64,000 nucleotides of DNA. Source: a virus. The notes beneath the pieces are model-generated. The model saw nothing but the letters and a program-made list of their open reading frames with translations, was not told where the DNA came from and searched no databases. Both the position numbers and the translations under genes were made by a program. Positions within the stretch are counted from its first letter, which is position 1, and each line of letters opens with the position of its first letter. Shown here one piece after another: positions 46,856 to 56,900 of the stretch. The stretch spans positions 1 through 64,000 of the IMG/VR virus record IMGVR_UViG_3300013104_000022, one strand, 5' to 3'.

Positions 46856-48115
46856 TTAGAGGCTCGTCATGCTAGAAGCTGGGTAGATGTCCGAAGAGCC
46901 GCCCGTGTTGGCCTTGAAGCCGGGACGTGCGGTCCAGGACTCGCCGGTGCGCTTGGTAGCTCCGAAGACAGCTACGCGGGCGGTACCCGAGCGAGAGATC
47001 ATTGGAACGCTCTCGGCCATAGTTCCCTTGTAGAAGTTGGGGCTGTGGAAGTTCCACTCGCCCGCCTTCACGTCAATGACGCCTAGGTGGTCTGCTGGGG
47101 GCTGAGCCATGGCCTGTCCGAAGTTACCTCCGTAGAAGGCACCTGATCCACCCTCGATGCGGATAACGCTACCAGGGTTAGCGAGAGTAAGAGCACCGTT
47201 TCCAGAAGGAACACCGGAGGGCTTGTAACCTTCGTACACACCGCCGAAGAACTGAAGACCGTCACTGTTTCCGGTGATTCGGAGGCAGTTGTATCCGTTC
47301 AATCCAGAAAGATACATGTAACCGACGTTGGTGTTGGAAAGTCCAGCGAATTGAGCGTAGAACTTGGTGTTGTCACCGGAAAGGGAACCGGACTGTCCGG
47401 TACCCATGTTGATATAACCATCCATCCAAAGCTGGTTGTCTGATCCGCCGATGGTGAACTGCTGATCCCAGGCGTTGTTGGCGGTCCAGTGGCCCGAGAA
47501 CTCGACCTGAGTCATGGCGGCAGTAGAACCGGGACGACCGATGATGTGCTTGAAGAGGTTGAATCCAAGGTTCTCAAAGCGGCAGGAGTAGAGTCCGGGA
47601 GCCGTAGACATAGGCTGTTCCCAGAACTGCACGTTGGATGAACCTTCGAATCCGATGTCAGCGATGTAGACGTTGTAGACAGCACCCGCTCCTACGAACC
47701 AGGAGGATGCCGCGTTACCGCAACGAAGCTTTACAAAAGATGAAACAAACTTACCGGAGGAAAGCTCGGGGTTTCGGTTACCACCGGGGCCACCGACGAT
47801 CTTCATACCGGAGAAGGGAACGCGACCTCCCTGAGAGAAGGTAGGGACACGAGTCGTCGGCATCATAATGGCCGGAATCTGTGTCTGTGCGGCGGCGTAA
47901 GAAAGCGCGGCTGTGAGCTTAGCGTCGTCGGATGCTCCTGCGAAGGAGTCCAGTGCGGCACCTCCGTAGATACCTGAGGCACCGCTCGATGCGGCGAGAG
48001 CGGCATCCGCTGTAGAAGCGGCATTTGCAATACCGTCTTCAATAGCGTTCAAGTTGGCGGCGTTGATGTAAGGGGCGTTGTCATTAACAAACGGCCCGCG
48101 CTTAGTGTAAGCCAT
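46856..48115 (-). CDS. Tail spike or fibre, possible beta-helix depolymerase
   Basis: INAANLNAIEDGI anchor; FAGASDDAKL.AA followed by Gly/Asn-rich beta region. Confidence 0.6.
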   Translation of the reverse strand: MAYTKRGPFVNDNAPYINAANLNAIEDGIANAASTADAALAASSGASGIYGGAALDSFAGASDDAKLTAALSYAAAQTQIPAIMMPTTRVPTFSQGGRVPFSGMKIVGGPGGNRNPELSSGKFVSSFVKLRCGNAASSWFVGAGAVYNVYIADIGFEGSSNVQFWEQPMSTAPGLYSCRFENLGFNLFKHIIGRPGSTAAMTQVEFSGHWTANNAWDQQFTIGGSDNQLWMDGYINMGTGQSGSLSGDNTKFYAQFAGLSNTNVGYMYLSGLNGYNCLRITGNSDGLQFFGGVYEGYKPSGVPSGNGALTLANPGSVIRIEGGSGAFYGGNFGQAMAQPPADHLGVIDVKAGEWNFHSPNFYKGTMAESVPMISRSGTARVAVFGATKRTGESWTARPGFKANTGGSSDIYPASSMTSL

Positions 48116-48116
48116 G

Positions 48117-48251
48117 TCAGCCTCCGGCTGGAACTAGGGTAGCAGTGGGAACAAGAGTAGCGGTTGGAACAAGAGCGACATAACCGACAAGAGTTTCCCT
48201 GCCGGGGCACACCCAAGGGATGTCTGGATAGAGTCTGGAATATGTAGCCAT
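48117..48251 (-). CDS. 44-aa peptide with (T)LVPTA repeats
   Basis: MATYSRL...LVPTATLVPTATLVPAGG; fills gap, supplies GGAGG RBS to next gene. Confidence 0.6.
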   Translation of the reverse strand: MATYSRLYPDIPWVCPGRETLVGYVALVPTATLVPTATLVPAGG

Positions 48252-48253
48252 GA

Positions 48254-48541
48254 TTATGCGAGTCCCGGTACTGCCGTGTAAAGATCAACTACTCCGTTAA
48301 TCGATGCCCCCATGTAGGGTTCTGGCCCGATGAACCACCTAGTCACTGTGCCGGTGGGTGGCGTTGCCGCCGATGTTGGATATGCGTCCAAAGAGGTATT
48401 CCAGATGACCATGAACAGTCTTCCGGTCTCAAGTACGCCCGCGCGCGAGTCCAGGTTGTTGACAGCCTGAGCTAGCGATACGTGGTGCTCAACGTGGTTA
48501 CCGTCGCCTACAGCCAGGGTCTCGTCAATGTTGTAAGGCAT
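48254..48541 (-). CDS. Small virion protein
   Basis: Coupled in operon. Confidence 0.7.
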   Translation of the reverse strand: MPYNIDETLAVGDGNHVEHHVSLAQAVNNLDSRAGVLETGRLFMVIWNTSLDAYPTSAATPPTGTVTRWFIGPEPYMGASINGVVDLYTAVPGLA

Positions 48542-48678
48542 TAGAAGTTCTCCCGGAATGTAGCGGTGAAGAGGTTACCATTACTATCGGCATACTCCCA
48601 AATAAGCTCTGAACCGATGTATACCTTGGTAACCTGTTCAGTGCCAACTTTCACATTCTGCCATACTTGAGCGGCCAT
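48541..48678 (-). CDS. 45-aa small virion protein (KVYIGSELIW motif)
   Basis: Fills gap; RBS GGAAGAAGAG. Confidence 0.6.
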   Translation of the reverse strand: MAAQVWQNVKVGTEQVTKVYIGSELIWEYADSNGNLFTATFRENF

Positions 48679-48679
48679 G

Positions 48680-49381
48680 TTACTCTTCTTCCTTCAAGAT
48701 GTAGAGAACTCCGTCTTGAGGAGTAATCAGGATGTACTGTTCGGGAGTCAGTACCTCAATGTTTGTGATACCGGTAGAAGTGACAGCACCGGTCGGGTTC
48801 TCTCCGGGGTCTCCCTTAAGAGAGGCAAGCCACTGGGCCTGGCTCCCCACGAATCCGTTGGCGAGGGCAACTGCGTAGGCAGAGTTTCCGGGGTCTCCCT
48901 TCGGTCCTGGCACCGTAGATGCGGTTCCGGGATCGCCCTTAGGTCCGGGAACGGTCGATGCCGCGCCGTCAGCGCCCTTCAGAGAGGCTAGCCACTGAGT
49001 CTGGGTACCCGAGTACCCGCCTGCTTGTGCAAGCTCGTAGGCGGACTTACCAGAGGGTCCAGGGATGGTAGAAGCGTCTCCGGGATCGCCCTTTGGGCCG
49101 GGTAGAAGCTCCACAGCGGCGATTGCGTCTTCTAGCTCTTGAGGGGTTACGCCCTCTAGTGGGTGAGTCGCTAGATAGCTCTCAATAGCTTGAGCAATAA
49201 CCTCGCTAGACAATCCTCCGTCAATGCTGACTCCGGGAAGGTCAACCCACGCGGACGTTCCATTGCCTACTTTTAGGACGCGAGCTTCTAGATCGAAGCC
49301 GGGTTCTCCTGATTCAAGAACAGGATTTCGATCAATCCAAGCGTCGGAATCTCCACGACGAAAGAGAATCTTGGTGATCAC
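48680..49381 (-). CDS. Collagen-like fibre protein
   Basis: RRG....W...NPVL..GEPG.......KVGNG...W..L N-domain; GPKGDPG and SAY..A...G..G....WLASLKG repeats. Confidence 0.8.
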   Translation of the reverse strand: MITKILFRRGDSDAWIDRNPVLESGEPGFDLEARVLKVGNGTSAWVDLPGVSIDGGLSSEVIAQAIESYLATHPLEGVTPQELEDAIAAVELLPGPKGDPGDASTIPGPSGKSAYELAQAGGYSGTQTQWLASLKGADGAASTVPGPKGDPGTASTVPGPKGDPGNSAYAVALANGFVGSQAQWLASLKGDPGENPTGAVTSTGITNIEVLTPEQYILITPQDGVLYILKEEE

Positions 49382-49932
49382 GGGGTGCCTCCGTCATACA
49401 CGCCGTCGAACCCTGCACCGAACCCGTCTGACGGGTCTTGCTGTAGCCAGCCACTCTGATCCATGTCGGCGGGACCGAGGAGGTATCCGGTACCATCACC
49501 TTGAGGGACGACAACTCCGTCTCTCTCAAATGCTCCAATTCCACCCATTGTCTGGCCCACAAGGTTCCCTAGGCCACATTGGCCCAGTTCTTCCACTGCG
49601 AGGTCGAACCAGAGAAGGTCCGTCTTCTCCCGGCGAGTAATCTTGCTCACCATCTTGGAGTAGGAGTACGAACCGATGGACTCTGAGGAGAAGGGAGCGG
49701 CTAGCTTCTCTGCATATGGCTGAGAAAGAACAAAGTAGTCTGCTAGCTGGTAGACGGCCTTGGTGGCTACGAGAGCGTCGTCGGCGTCCTCTGGGAGACT
49801 CTTGAGGCAAGTAGCCTTCTTGAAGAAAAGGAGAGCCTGTTCAAGGGCTTCCGTTGCATAATCGGTAAAGCTGTTCGCTGGACGCCCAGTGAACTTAGCT
49901 AGACCGGCTACGTCAAATTCTGGAAATGCCAT
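49378..49932 (-). CDS. Head-to-tail adaptor
   Basis: SESIGSYSYS motif; position after capsid. Confidence 0.75.
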   Translation of the reverse strand: MAFPEFDVAGLAKFTGRPANSFTDYATEALEQALLFFKKATCLKSLPEDADDALVATKAVYQLADYFVLSQPYAEKLAAPFSSESIGSYSYSKMVSKITRREKTDLLWFDLAVEELGQCGLGNLVGQTMGGIGAFERDGVVVPQGDGTGYLLGPADMDQSGWLQQDPSDGFGAGFDGVYDGGTP

Positions 49933-49956
49933 TTGAACAGGCCCGTCCTCTTAGTC

Positions 49957-50505
49957 TTAGCGGGTAGGAGTGGCTACCGCAATCTTGTTACGGCGAGCTT
50001 CGGCCTTCGCCGCCTCTTCCGCGTCCTTCATTGTCTGATCGTCACTGTCCACGGACACACCCCACGGAAGGAAGGGCCACGGGCCGCGAGCGAACTTCTG
50101 ACCGCCGAAACGTAGTACCTGCTCACGCGGGTCGTCTAGGAGGTCTAGCCAGCTATGGCCGTCACGATCAAATGTGGAGTTATACGCTTCCCCGCCCACT
50201 TCGAAAGTGAGTTCCTGGCCGCGATACCATACCTGCCCGAGAGCGGTGTGACCGTCCTCTAGGAAGTGAATGGTGAGGTATTCTTTTTCTTCAGCCGGTG
50301 CTTCTGTTTCGGCCTTCTTGTACTTACGTGCTCGAAGAGCTTCAAGCTTAGCTAGTAGCGCGGCTTCTTCGTCTTCGTTAAATTCTTCTTCTTCGTCTTC
50401 CTCAGCCTCGGGAGGAGTGCTTAGGTCTTCCGGAGTAATCTTCAGAAGATCGTCCAAGTTCTCTTCCTTGAACTGAGGTGTTGGCTTCTTACTAGGCATT
50501 TTCAT
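49957..50505 (-). CDS. Hypothetical acidic protein
   Basis: Late motif directly upstream. Confidence 0.75.
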   Translation of the reverse strand: MKMPSKKPTPQFKEENLDDLLKITPEDLSTPPEAEEDEEEEFNEDEEAALLAKLEALRARKYKKAETEAPAEEKEYLTIHFLEDGHTALGQVWYRGQELTFEVGGEAYNSTFDRDGHSWLDLLDDPREQVLRFGGQKFARGPWPFLPWGVSVDSDDQTMKDAEEAAKAEARRNKIAVATPTR

Positions 50506-50514
50506 CCTCGCTAA

Positions 50515-50524
50515 TACTATCGTC
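50515..50524 (-). promoter_or_regulatory. Late-promoter motif GACGATAGTA
   Basis: Exact 10-mer, intergenic. Confidence 0.7.
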
Positions 50525-50575
50525 CCGGACGGGCACCTTTAGTCTACTACATTCTACCTTATATTGCAGTAAAAC

Positions 50576-50610
50576 GAGAAAACCCCCCTGATTTCTCAGG
50601 GGGGTTTCTC
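50576..50610 (-). terminator. Terminator after the major capsid gene
   Basis: AAACCCCCCTGA-gaaa-TCAGGGGGGTTTTCT. Confidence 0.88.
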
Positions 50611-50622
50611 TAGGAACTAACC

Positions 50623-51675
50623 TTAAGAGGTCTGTGTGACGTTGTTAGCCACGATGAACTGCTCAGGGCGAGTAACGATAGGAACAAGGTTCCATTCGAG
50701 CAAGTACTGAAGAGCAGAAGGGTCTTCCTGCTTCCAGGTCTTGGCAAACTTACCGGTGAAGTTCTCCGGAGCCGACTCGTCGGCGGTTGGGCCGATAAGA
50801 AGCTCGATAGGACGGTTCTCGGTGAAGTTACCAATGATAACTCGGTTGTCAGGAAGGAACATCTGCTCCTGGCCTGGCGTGGTAGGTGCGGAAGTGTAGG
50901 AGGCACCGGCTACGTCGTAGACGGACTCGTTGATCTTCCAGTCGAGACCCATGAAGCCGGGGAGAGTTCCGGAACGGAAGTACTCGTCCTTGGCACGGTC
51001 GCTTAGCAAGGTGGCGGAACCTGCGGAGGCACCGTTACCCGCGAAAGCGTTGTAGATGTAGGTCAGAGTCTTCTCGGTGGTGTAGGCCTCGGTAGCCTCA
51101 ACACGACCGTCACGACGGATGAGACGCTTCCACGCCTGGATGTCGTTCATGATCTGACCAGGGGTAGCGGTCGCCCACGAAGTACCAGGGTTTACCTTGT
51201 GAGAAGGTAGGTACTTGTAGTCGATCTCAACCTGGACATCAGGGAAATCTAGCTTAAGGCCACCACCAACGGCAGACCATAGCATCCACTCGGCAAAGTT
51301 GTCGAAGCGGGTGTTGAGGTCACCGATTTCACGGGTGATTGCGGCCTCAGCCTGGGTCTTAGCGAGTTCAGAAGTGTTGTTAGCGAACTGACGAATCCAG
51401 TGAAGGGTCGTAGGTTCGAAAACCTTCTTTTCACGTAGGTAGACGAAGCTTGCGCTTTCCTTCGAGCGGCCAAGACGAGGCACGATGTGTGCTTCAGAGT
51501 TTGGCACGTTCGGACGCGCAATGTTTCGGCTACCACGAATTACTTCCCACTCTGCTGTTGGGAAGGGCCATGGAGTCTGAGGGACACGGTTAAGAAGCTC
51601 AAGCTTCTCGGGAGCGGTGAAACGCTCCAACACGCCCCGCAGAACCGTAGGCTGAAGAATGCTGAGGTCAGCCAT
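50623..51675 (-). CDS. Major capsid protein (lambda gpE-like family)
   Basis: 350 aa; EWM...A..G.L, IDY......V.....W, DPS near C-terminus; strong RBS and terminator. Confidence 0.85.
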   Translation of the reverse strand: MADLSILQPTVLRGVLERFTAPEKLELLNRVPQTPWPFPTAEWEVIRGSRNIARPNVPNSEAHIVPRLGRSKESASFVYLREKKVFEPTTLHWIRQFANNTSELAKTQAEAAITREIGDLNTRFDNFAEWMLWSAVGGGLKLDFPDVQVEIDYKYLPSHKVNPGTSWATATPGQIMNDIQAWKRLIRRDGRVEATEAYTTEKTLTYIYNAFAGNGASAGSATLLSDRAKDEYFRSGTLPGFMGLDWKINESVYDVAGASYTSAPTTPGQEQMFLPDNRVIIGNFTENRPIELLIGPTADESAPENFTGKFAKTWKQEDPSALQYLLEWNLVPIVTRPEQFIVANNVTQTS

Positions 51676-51847
51676 TTTCTTCTCCTGTGGTTAGGCGGTT
51701 AATTGTCTCTCAGCGAACCTTGCGGTCCCGACCTGCACCTTACCCTGAGGTAATCACTCGGTTGGTCTATTTGAGTAGATGGGCTACTCAGGGATGCCTA
51801 CAAGTTTTGGCTTGTAGGACACCCTCAGCGTCCCGACTATATGAAGA

Positions 51848-52240
51848 TTAGAAGCGGAAGAACTTCGCTACTGTGTCTACCTTGGCACCAAGGACGTTCG
51901 TGAGAGTCACGCCCGAGTTAGCGGCAGAAACAGCGTCAAGCTTTACCAAACCTGCGTACAGGATGTTGGCGTGCCAGACGGAGGTTGTTCCGGGAACACC
52001 TGTGTCAGTTGTCTTACGAAGAACACCCTTGACGTTAGCGGCGGTCGTCGTCTTGACGTACTGCTTGGTCGTGGCATCCTGATCGAGGAAAGTACCAGCT
52101 AGGAGGACTCCCTGACCCGGCTTCAACGTAACGCCCTTCTGGACGTAGTTGTGCATCGAGTAGAGGATTTCCTCATCTACAACGTTTTCACCAACGTTGT
52201 AGCTACCTGCTGGCATCGAGTTACCAATGTAGCCTACCAT
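51848..52240 (-). CDS. Capsid decoration protein
   Basis: TLKPGQGVL.AGT.L; between protease and capsid. Confidence 0.75.
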   Translation of the reverse strand: MVGYIGNSMPAGSYNVGENVVDEEILYSMHNYVQKGVTLKPGQGVLLAGTFLDQDATTKQYVKTTTAANVKGVLRKTTDTGVPGTTSVWHANILYAGLVKLDAVSAANSGVTLTNVLGAKVDTVAKFFRF

Positions 52241-52273
52241 TTTGACTATCTCCTGTCGGTTCGCTGTGGGGGC

Positions 52274-53389
52274 TTAAGAGCGAATGAATCGCTTGGCGGC
52301 GGGGGAAGAGGAGAGACGTGCAATCTCGTCCTCTGTAGTGACCTTGTTGCTACCCTCGTCCTCAGTGTCAACACCCTGCTCATTCGAGAGCTTGACAATA
52401 GGAGCGTCAGGAAGAAGCTTCTTGAATAGTTCCTCATTGCTGAGTCGTAGTTCAAGCATGGCGTCTCGTCGGCCTGGCTCAATGTGTCCGGTAGTAACAA
52501 GACCATCGATCTCAGCGGCGGCGGCGGCTTCGATGCTATCCTTATTGATTTGATCAATCTTGTTGGATAGTTCTACGTTCTCAGAAACTACGGCGGCAAC
52601 AGCCTTGACGAATTCCTCAGGAGTAGGCTCCTTGCTCGAAAGCTTGAGAACATCGGTAGCGATAAGTTCGTCAGCAATCTTGGCAGAAAGAGCAACCTGT
52701 GGCTCAAGGTCTGCTACACGAGTCTGTAGAGCGCGCACGTCGATGCCGTGATCGTCCTTTAGCTCTGTGAGCATTTCATCCAAAGTCATTTCAGACTCCT
52801 CAGTCTTTTCGTCCTGTGTGCTTAGTAGCACTGGCTTACCATTACTATCGTCCGAAATGTTAGAGGCCGCAATAACTTCCTCAAAGGACTCTAGATTTAG
52901 AACATGTGGTCGGTTTGTCACTGCAACGTGGCAGAGAGTAGGACCGTAGAAATTGCCGTCACGGTGGTCACGGTAGTTAAGAGAAAGCATGGCAGAAGCA
53001 CCGATGTACGTCTTGCCGAACTTGTCTGCTTGCTCTCGTGCATCGATGTAGGCGTATAGAGAGTCGCCCTCGTGAGAGAGGCCTACAACCTCACCACGGT
53101 TGTAGTCGGGGTCTTCGGTGTGCTGGTTGTCAGCATCGACCTTAGTAACCTGAACAATGTCACAAACCGTGTTGTTGAAGTTTGTAACCATGGTGTCCAT
53201 CATGTTGTCATCGACATCGATGAAATTACCGTTGGCACCGGGGTAGTAGAATGGACCCTTCTTCAGAATTTGCTTCTTGAAGAGCTTTCCTTGTACCTTC
53301 TTGATTACGGGAGTAGACGCTTTGGCGGATAGACCGACAAAGCCAGAGTAGTCATCCCCTTGGGGGATAATAACAATCTTGTTTCCCAT
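52274..53389 (-). CDS. Capsid maturation protease fused to scaffold
   Basis: H, SA, L.HVAVTNRP motifs (Mu gpI/HK97-type) plus helical C-terminal half. Confidence 0.8.
   Translation of the reverse strand: MGNKIVIIPQGDDYSGFVGLSAKASTPVIKKVQGKLFKKQILKKGPFYYPGANGNFIDVDDNMMDTMVTNFNNTVCDIVQVTKVDADNQHTEDPDYNRGEVVGLSHEGDSLYAYIDAREQADKFGKTYIGASAMLSLNYRDHRDGNFYGPTLCHVAVTNRPHVLNLESFEEVIAASNISDDSNGKPVLLSTQDEKTEESEMTLDEMLTELKDDHGIDVRALQTRVADLEPQVALSAKIADELIATDVLKLSSKEPTPEEFVKAVAAVVSENVELSNKIDQINKDSIEAAAAAEIDGLVTTGHIEPGRRDAMLELRLSNEELFKKLLPDAPIVKLSNEQGVDTEDEGSNKVTTEDEIARLSSSPAAKRFIRS
52843..52852 (-). promoter_or_regulatory. Internal late-promoter motif ahead of nested scaffold start (ATG 52789)
   Basis: Exact GACGATAGTA then GAGGAG-6 nt-ATG in frame. 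Confidence 0.65.
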
Positions 53390-53394
53390 ACCCA

Positions 53395-53404
53395 TACTAT
53401 CGTC
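53395..53404 (-). promoter_or_regulatory. Late-promoter motif GACGATAGTA
   Basis: Exact 10-mer 5 nt before ATG 53389. Confidence 0.7.
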
Positions 53405-53675
53405 CCATCTCTTCGGTAACGTATTCGTCTCTGTAGTCGTCCAGGACGGCCTTCAGAGACCTGTCTGAAGTGACACCTTCCCACCACTCACGGAAGTTCG
53501 TGTAATGCGTGAGCTTGTCCACGAAGGACGCCCAAGTGACGTTCTCTGACTTGGTGTCGATCAGGCTTTGGGCTTGGGGCTTGAATTCTTCTTTTAGGTA
53601 GACGCTTCTACCCATCTTGTCCCAAATGCCTACTGGCTCTCCGTTGACACTTCGGTGCAATAGATAAAGTGACAT
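53397..53675 (-). CDS. Hypothetical protein
   Basis: RBS GGAGG; operon packing. Confidence 0.75.
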   Translation of the reverse strand: MSLYLLHRSVNGEPVGIWDKMGRSVYLKEEFKPQAQSLIDTKSENVTWASFVDKLTHYTNFREWWEGVTSDRSLKAVLDDYRDEYVTEEMGR

Positions 53676-53676
53676 C

Positions 53677-53967
53677 TTAGTCCTCCAACTGAGGTCTGAG
53701 AGTATCCCACTGCGTCTCTGAAGCGGGTCGGATAAATACTTCTAGATCATTTTCGACTCTAACGAACCAACCGTTGTCGTCCTCACGAACCTCCTTGAAG
53801 TCAAGGGAAAACGCCTTGTTGGCGTGCGCCCACGCAGTACCAACAAGGTCGTCGTCCTCATCGAACTCAAAGGGTCCGATCAATACGGCCCGTTCGTTAT
53901 CTCCATTTGGAATATACCAAGCCCCAAAGGGGAAGGTTTGTTCCACTAGCTCCTGCGTTACTTCCAT
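53677..53967 (-). CDS. Hypothetical protein
   Basis: Overlaps stop of the giant gene. Confidence 0.75.
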   Translation of the reverse strand: MEVTQELVEQTFPFGAWYIPNGDNERAVLIGPFEFDEDDDLVGTAWAHANKAFSLDFKEVREDDNGWFVRVENDLEVFIRPASETQWDTLRPQLED

Positions 53968-56900
53968 GATGCCTTCACCTTTGTGATTGCTTGCTCAAGG
54001 TTCTGGCGCATAACTAGACGGTCTTCGACCGGAAGTCCGCGAATCTTCTCCCACCCCAGTGCCTTGAGTCGCTGGATAGCCTCGTTACGCTTCTCGGCCT
54101 TGTCGAAGACCATTAGCTCGATGTAATCGAGGATAGATAGAGTGTCCTTGATCATGACCTCGTTGGTGGAGTCGGTCATGTTCAAGAGCTTCTTGGGATC
54201 GTAATTCGAGTTCTGCATAGCATCCGTCGCACCGAAGTTATCACTCTCGTACCCGTAGGTGTCGTTGTGAAGCAATACCTCAGGGCTGAGGAAGACGGTG
54301 TGTTTTCCCTTGTTGAGGTTACCCATGCTGGTCAGAGCGTTATTGCCCTTGGTGACGCGGGAGAAGACGTAATCCGCCCCTCCTCGGTTCTGATCCTCCG
54401 ACTGAGAAGCCCCCGTGTGAGGTGCCATGCGGCTTCTTACCTCAGTGGAGAGGAGTCCACCTGAGGTGATGTACCTCAGAATCGCGTCGTCCTTACCCTT
54501 TGCGGCAACTGCGAGCAAAGTACCCTGCTTCTGAAGCTCTTCAAGCTCGACATCGATTCTCTCCCAGTAGGCGTGACCGGTGTTGAGGGAACCGTCATTG
54601 AGGTTCATGTGCTGGTACTTAGGAAGGTGTCGATCCTCGCTGAGGAACTTGGCAACGTGATCCGTTCCCCAGGTCTCATTAGCGAGATTTCGGTAGAAGG
54701 AAAGCTCTTCCTCAGGGAAAGCCATGGCGATAGCCTCACCGGTGTCATGAATTCCGACACCGTAGTTGCTCTTTCCGAGCTTCTGAGCGCCTTCCTTGGC
54801 CTTCTTCATGACCTTCTCGCGAGCCGCAGAAATCTTGCTTCCTCCCGCGCCACTCGCTACTACACGGTGGAACATCGAGCGCCAGTACAGAACCTCGGGG
54901 TCTTCCGCTCCCGACATGTCCACGTCAAGGGTCGCTAGGTACTCCTCGATGCGTGCGAGGGACGCCTGGTGGTCGTCTCCTGCCGTCTGGAAGAAGAGCT
55001 TGTTGTTCTGAGATTCGAAGGCGTTGGTGTAATCGTAGTTTCGGAAAGCGATGACCTCTCCGGTAGGAAGAGTCATCTCAAACTGGCTTCCAGTCTGAGC
55101 CTTGGTGGTCTTTCCTCCGTCTTGCTTAAAGACACCACTCTGAGACAGTTCTCCGGAAGCTACGTGAGAAGCTACAAGCTTGACCTTGACAGGAGACACA
55201 GGCTCATCGACCGAGACTCCTTCAGCCGTCCATCCGCCCTTGAGAGCCTTGGCATCGTCAGGAAGCGAGTTGACGATAGAGGTCTTCAGTCCGCCCTTCG
55301 TGGACACGTAGACGAACTTCTCGTTGTTCAACTGCTTGTACTGCTCGCCCTTCTTGGGGTTAGTGTAAGTCACAAACTTGCCATTAAGAGGCGTCACTGT
55401 GTACTGCGTGAAGTCCGCCTTGTTCGTAGGCGTGTCGTTTTCCTTGGCCTTGTTGACCTTCTCGATCTGACCCTTGTAGTGCAGGAGAGCCATGTGGTAC
55501 TGCGAGACGTAGTTCGCGGGAACGATGTTTCCTGAAGGGAACTTCACGTCTTCAGAAGAGTCCAGAAGCTCCGGAGTGTAGAACTCAAGGTCACTGTCAA
55601 CCTTCTTGGCATTTTCGTCAAACGCCGCCCATACGGCAGGGTCGAAGTTCTTGTTGTCAGGAGAGAGGTTGATGTTCTTCGTCAGGTTCTTTCCCGCCGC
55701 GCTGATTGCCGACTTCAAGGCCTTGGTGTCAGGGAAGCTAGAGGCGTTGCTGTCGGTAGAAACAGTAACCTTCTTACTACTTCCCTGTGTGAGGGACTGA
55801 AGGGTCTGTCCCAACTGCTTACCGAGGAACTTACCAATCTTCAAGGAACCCTTGACTACTTCCTTGTCGGAAGTGTCCGTCTCCGTCCACACGAGGGAGC
55901 TACCGCCGACGATACTGCCGGAAGAGTGCAGAGCGGAGTTACCGAAGACCTTGGTAGCCAAAGCCTTCTCTACGGTGCTTTCTTCCTGCCAGCCCGAGGT
56001 GTGGCCCGGAATGGCTTCCTTAGGCATCTCAGGCTTATCCCAGCCCGCCGCCTCGAAGACAGCATCGTACATCGCCTGAACCTTCTCAGGGATGTCTGCC
56101 TTGTATTCAAGAACTCTTTCGACAAGCTCATCGGAGTTGTTCGGAACCTTGTCGAGAACGTCCTTACCCGCAAAGTAGTGGTAATCCTTGTAGCCCCACT
56201 TGTTAGCGGGACGGTTCTTGACACCCTCACGGACAAGCTCAGATACCTGCTCGTCGCTCATACGGTTGATACGACGTGCGGCCTTCATAGCTCCCAGGTA
56301 GGCCTCGCGAGCCTGTTCTGGGGTGAAGTCACCCTTACGCATACGGTCGATCATCACCGCGTATACAAGGTTGTCCGAAGACAGCATGTTATACGACATG
56401 TGAGAGTTCTTGGGGTCAGGAGCTAGACCCTCGTATGTACCGTACGCGAGGAAGGCACGTCCCTTGTCGATACCGACGACATTTCCGTCCTTGTCGAGCA
56501 TAAGGTTACGGTGGTGCGTGTCGTCGTTCTGAAGGAAGTAGTCAAGAACCTGATGACCGGCCACCTGAGCCAGTTGCGTGTCCGTCAGAGTCGTGAGGTC
56601 GATACCAGAGAAGTCGCCCTGGTTTTCGATGAACTTCTGAATCTGACCGGTGTCCTCGCCAACCTGACCGATGGACGACTCAGGAACATGGAAGCCAGCG
56701 GCGAGACCGAGGTTGTTACCCGCGTTCTCGACCTCGACACGGAACAGTGCCTCGCTACCCTTGTTGTGAGCAATCGGCTTGAACACAGCCTTGCGCTCAA
56801 ACTGGTCGCGGAGAAGCCACGTCGTGTTCTGTCCACCGGCAAGCTTCTTGACCATCGAGTAGACGGGCTTCAGAAGCTCGGCCTGGTACTCGGCTTCCTT

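Noticed and set aside
48820-49100. Repeats as CRISPR or DNA repeat array
   Set aside because: In-frame collagen-like protein repeats; no CRISPR array seen anywhere in the window.
52246-52557. Alternative-frame ORF suggesting a scaffold frameshift
   Set aside because: No slippery site or RBS seen; low-complexity by-product of the main frame.
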